Part shown: positions 61,351 through 64,000 of the stretch, one piece after another
Layout: each line of letters starts with the position of its first letter
Numbering within the stretch: the first letter of the stretch is position 1
Source of the DNA: an uncultured delta proteobacterium
GTDB lineage: Bacteria > Desulfobacterota > Syntrophobacteria > BM002
NCBI GenBank assembly: GCA_963712115.1
Contig: CAVQGX010000038.1
Location: 17,350 to 81,349 of the forward strand
DNA length: 64,000 nucleotides
Direction of reading: 5' to 3'
Program-made: the position numbers and the translations under genes
The notes under the pieces: generated by a model
Databases searched by the model: none
What the model was told of the DNA's origin: nothing
What the model saw: only the letters and a program-made list of their open reading frames with translations

Positions 61351-63138
61351 TTATTTCTTCTGCGGGCCTGGGATGGCAAAATGACCGCTGCCGTAAGATC
61401 TGCGGATTAGCTCGTTGATGAAACTCTCCGGATCTTCGATGGCTTCCCTGGTGATGATGAACTCCTTTTCACCGGTCTTGTCCATGATTAGTTTCAGAGC
61501 GTAATCATAGTCTGCAGACACCTGCTGGCAGATATCTGTAACGCTTTCCCCCTGGGTCACCGCCCTGTGTAAAATCTCATCCACCGCATCCTCGGCGAAA
61601 CGGATGGGAATTTTCTTCTTGTCCAAGAAATTGGACTCGTAGGCTTTTACCTCACCAATCATGGACACCACTTCTTCAAAAATACCATCCAATGCCATCC
61701 CCGAGAGCAAATGCCAGGTAACAACTAGATCGATTCTCTCTTCGGTAAAGGCGGGACCATAATTTTCTCGATAGCGAGCTTCTTTGTCCAAGATAGCCTT
61801 TTTGGTAGCACTCTTTTCTGCCTCAAAAACCTTATCGTAACGGGCCACCAGTTCGGGATCTTCTGGATTATCAAGGATCTTTTTCAGATGGCCTTTGGGA
61901 TCTTGCACCACCTCGGCAGTGACCACAAAGAAACGAATGTCCGTTGAAGGAAACTTCTTTTCAAAGTGAAGCAGTGCCTTTTCCAACACACTAACCAAGC
62001 CCCTGGCTCCAGTGCGCTCCCCGTGGGCCTGCTCGGCAAGTAGCCTAAGGGCTTCATCTTCGAAGCGGATGTCAATGCCATAGGCACGGAAATCCGCTTT
62101 CTTGGCATTTATCACCGGATTGTTGGGGTTTTTCAAAATCGCATAGAGATCGTCGATGGAGAGTTCCTCAAAGACAGCTACCACCGGTAATCTGCCCACG
62201 AACTCACTTTCAAAACCGTAGTTAATAAGGTCTTCTGCTTTGACCATCCTCAGGTACTGATCGTCTTGGTCCTTGGTGGGAAGATCAGCGCCGAAGCCGA
62301 TCCCTTGCTTTTTGACCCGTTTCTTGACGATGTCAACCAGAGCATTGAAAGCCCCGCTCACAATAAACAGGATATTTCGCGTGTTGATCGTCCGTTTTTC
62401 CTTTTTTCCCGTCTTCCGATACTGTTCAATCGCCTGGATTTGAGAAATGGGATCGTGGGGGACTTTCATGTCAACATCGGTATCTTCCATGGGTTTCAGC
62501 AGTGCCCGCTGCACCCCGGTTCTGGAAACATCAGGACCTATGAGGTTGTGGCTGGAAGCTATTTTGTCAATCTCGTCAACATAGATAATCCCGTATTGGG
62601 CCAACTCGATGTCGTCATCGGCTTCGTGTACCAGGTCCCGGACCAGGTCTTCCACGTCGCCTCCCACATAACCAGTCTCACTGAATTTGGTGGCATCACC
62701 CTTGACAAAGGGAACACCCAGCTTGTTGGCAATAAGCTTTACTATATAGGTCTTCCCCACTCCGGTGGGGCCAATCATGATTATATTATTCTTTATTCGA
62801 CCCACCACGGTGGGATCCTGGACCTTTTTGCCCCTGAGCTCATGTTTTATCCGGTTGAAGTGGGTACAGACCTTAGTGGCAAGGATTGCCTTCGCCTCAT
62901 CTTGCTTGATCACATATTCATCCAGATAAGCTTCCAACTCCTCGGGCTTCATTTCAAACTTGATCTTGTCAACAGCATCACTGGCTGATGCTTTCTCTTC
63001 ACCCTTTTCACCACCAGCCTTTGGCAGCATCAAAGGCGAGACTATTTTGATGCGGGCCCCGTACTTCTTGGAGAGGTAATCGCTCAGTTCTTTTTCGAGT
63101 TCCTTCTGACCAGGTACTTTCCGTTCGTCTTCGGCCAT
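61351..63138 (-). CDS. ClpX-like AAA+ ATPase lacking N-terminal zinc domain, with C-terminal extension
   Basis: GPTGVGKT, DATKFSETGYVG, IYVDEIDKI, GIGFG loop, EFVGRLP, TGARGL. Confidence 0.85.
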   Translation of the reverse strand: MAEDERKVPGQKELEKELSDYLSKKYGARIKIVSPLMLPKAGGEKGEEKASASDAVDKIKFEMKPEELEAYLDEYVIKQDEAKAILATKVCTHFNRIKHELRGKKVQDPTVVGRIKNNIIMIGPTGVGKTYIVKLIANKLGVPFVKGDATKFSETGYVGGDVEDLVRDLVHEADDDIELAQYGIIYVDEIDKIASSHNLIGPDVSRTGVQRALLKPMEDTDVDMKVPHDPISQIQAIEQYRKTGKKEKRTINTRNILFIVSGAFNALVDIVKKRVKKQGIGFGADLPTKDQDDQYLRMVKAEDLINYGFESEFVGRLPVVAVFEELSIDDLYAILKNPNNPVINAKKADFRAYGIDIRFEDEALRLLAEQAHGERTGARGLVSVLEKALLHFEKKFPSTDIRFFVVTAEVVQDPKGHLKKILDNPEDPELVARYDKVFEAEKSATKKAILDKEARYRENYGPAFTEERIDLVVTWHLLSGMALDGIFEEVVSMIGEVKAYESNFLDKKKIPIRFAEDAVDEILHRAVTQGESVTDICQQVSADYDYALKLIMDKTGEKEFIITREAIEDPESFINELIRRSYGSGHFAIPGPQKK

Positions 63139-63489
63139 CTCGCACCTTTCTCTGAAATCTATTGAGCCGCGATGCCATCTTGCAACCGCGACTACTATTG
63201 CTGGCTATCGCCTACACTTTCACTATAAACATTTCACTGAACAGTTTCAACTTCTTTAGCCCCTGACCTTTATTAGATTTGAATTGATAACAAGCTGTTA
63301 TCAATTCAAAAAGCGTGCCGGAACGTATTACTTGACAAAAAGACTCATTTTCCTGATGTTAGATGAAGAATTGCACTGGCCCCGGAGGGAAGGGGAAGGC
63401 CTAAAAATCCTCTTGACACTATCCGGTATAATTGTTAGGAGAAATGGTTCTTTATTATGTTAGCCCGGATGTTTCATCCGGGCTAAGCT

Positions 63490-63565
63490 GGGCCGTTAAC
63501 TCAGATGGTAGAGTATCTGCCTTTTAAGCAGAGAGTCGCTGGTTCGAGTCCAGCACGGCCCACCA
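63490..63565 (+). tRNA. tRNA-Lys(TTT)
   Basis: GGGCCGT acceptor, TCTGC-CTTTTAA-GCAGA anticodon arm, CCA. Confidence 0.96.
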
Positions 63566-63620
63566 ATCTACCAGCCGCGAAGCGGCTGTTTTCGGTCGGG
63601 TCAGCGGTGCAACGAACACC

Positions 63621-63676
63621 GTCGCTGGAGTGAGCTTGTCCTGAGTGAAACGAAGGAAGTCCAGCACGGCCCACCA
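63621..63676 (+). repeat. Copy of tRNA-Lys 3' end interrupted by a 29-nt insert
   Basis: GTCGCTGG [insert] AGTCCAGCACGGCCCACCA. Confidence 0.8.
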
Positions 63677-63683
63677 TTTTATT

Positions 63684-63840
63684 AGCTGGCAGCCCTTCGA
63701 CGAGCTCAGGGCAGGCAGGCAGCTGACAGCGGGCAGCCAGTTAACTAGGCACTAAGCACTAGACACTAGGCACCAGCATGATTCTATTAGTGCTTAGTGC
63801 ATACTGCCTAGTGCCTAGTTTTAGGTGGGCACCGCCCACC
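63684..63840. repeat. Mosaic repeat array with inverted CACTAGG/CCTAGTG arms
   Basis: AACTAGGCACTAAGCACTAG...TAGTGCTTAGTGC...CCTAGTGCCTAGTT; similar structure near 49787-49841. Confidence 0.75.
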
Positions 63841-63844
63841 GTTC

Positions 63845-63922
63845 GTCCCCATCGTCTAGCCAGGTCCAGGACACCGGCCTTTCACGCCGGCAACAGGGGT
63901 TCGAATCCCCTTGGGGACGCCA
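63845..63922 (+). tRNA. tRNA-Glu(TTC)
   Basis: GTCCCCA acceptor, CCGGC-CTTTCAC-GCCGG anticodon arm, CCA. Confidence 0.96.
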
Positions 63923-63935
63923 CTTCATTAATAAT

Positions 63936-63975
63936 TTTAAGGGGTTAGCCAAAAAGTGCTAACCCCTTAATTTTT
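63936..63975 (+). terminator. Terminator after tRNA-Glu
   Basis: TTAAGGGGTTAGC-CAAAAAGT-GCTAACCCCTTAA + TTTTT. Confidence 0.75.
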
Positions 63976-64000
63976 GCCTGGTCTGAAATTGTTTGATATT

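Overview
Chromosomal window from an anaerobic, cytochrome-rich bacterium, most likely Desulfobacterota (inferred from the ahb heme genes, c3-type cytochromes and several sigma54 systems). Left to right it holds: a sigma54-driven multiheme respiratory operon (two cytochromes, HybA/HybB-like pair, c3-OTR fusion) with a membrane-anchored activator; a long accessory tract of 1-3 gene units (PilZ, mscL, MASE3 kinase, stand-alone GMP synthase subunit, AbiE TA pair, glgP, USP, ExeA-OmpA/VWA/FHA, frameshifted surface proteins, two IS elements); an MMPL transporter; an ECF sigma/CBM48 anti-sigma operon with a recoverable promoter motif; a kinase/NtrC pair and a receiver-adenylate cyclase; ahbC-hemB-ahbD-ahbA; a ClpX-like ATPase; and three tRNAs. 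The most striking non-gene signal is a layered repeat system: about 20 mosaic arrays of 7-9 nt tandem modules between gene units (one in-frame inside a CDS), a MITE size series, and tiny hairpin elements that replace short loop sequences in other repeats and in a tRNA copy. All calls are by eye; no database search was run, and array boundaries are approximate.
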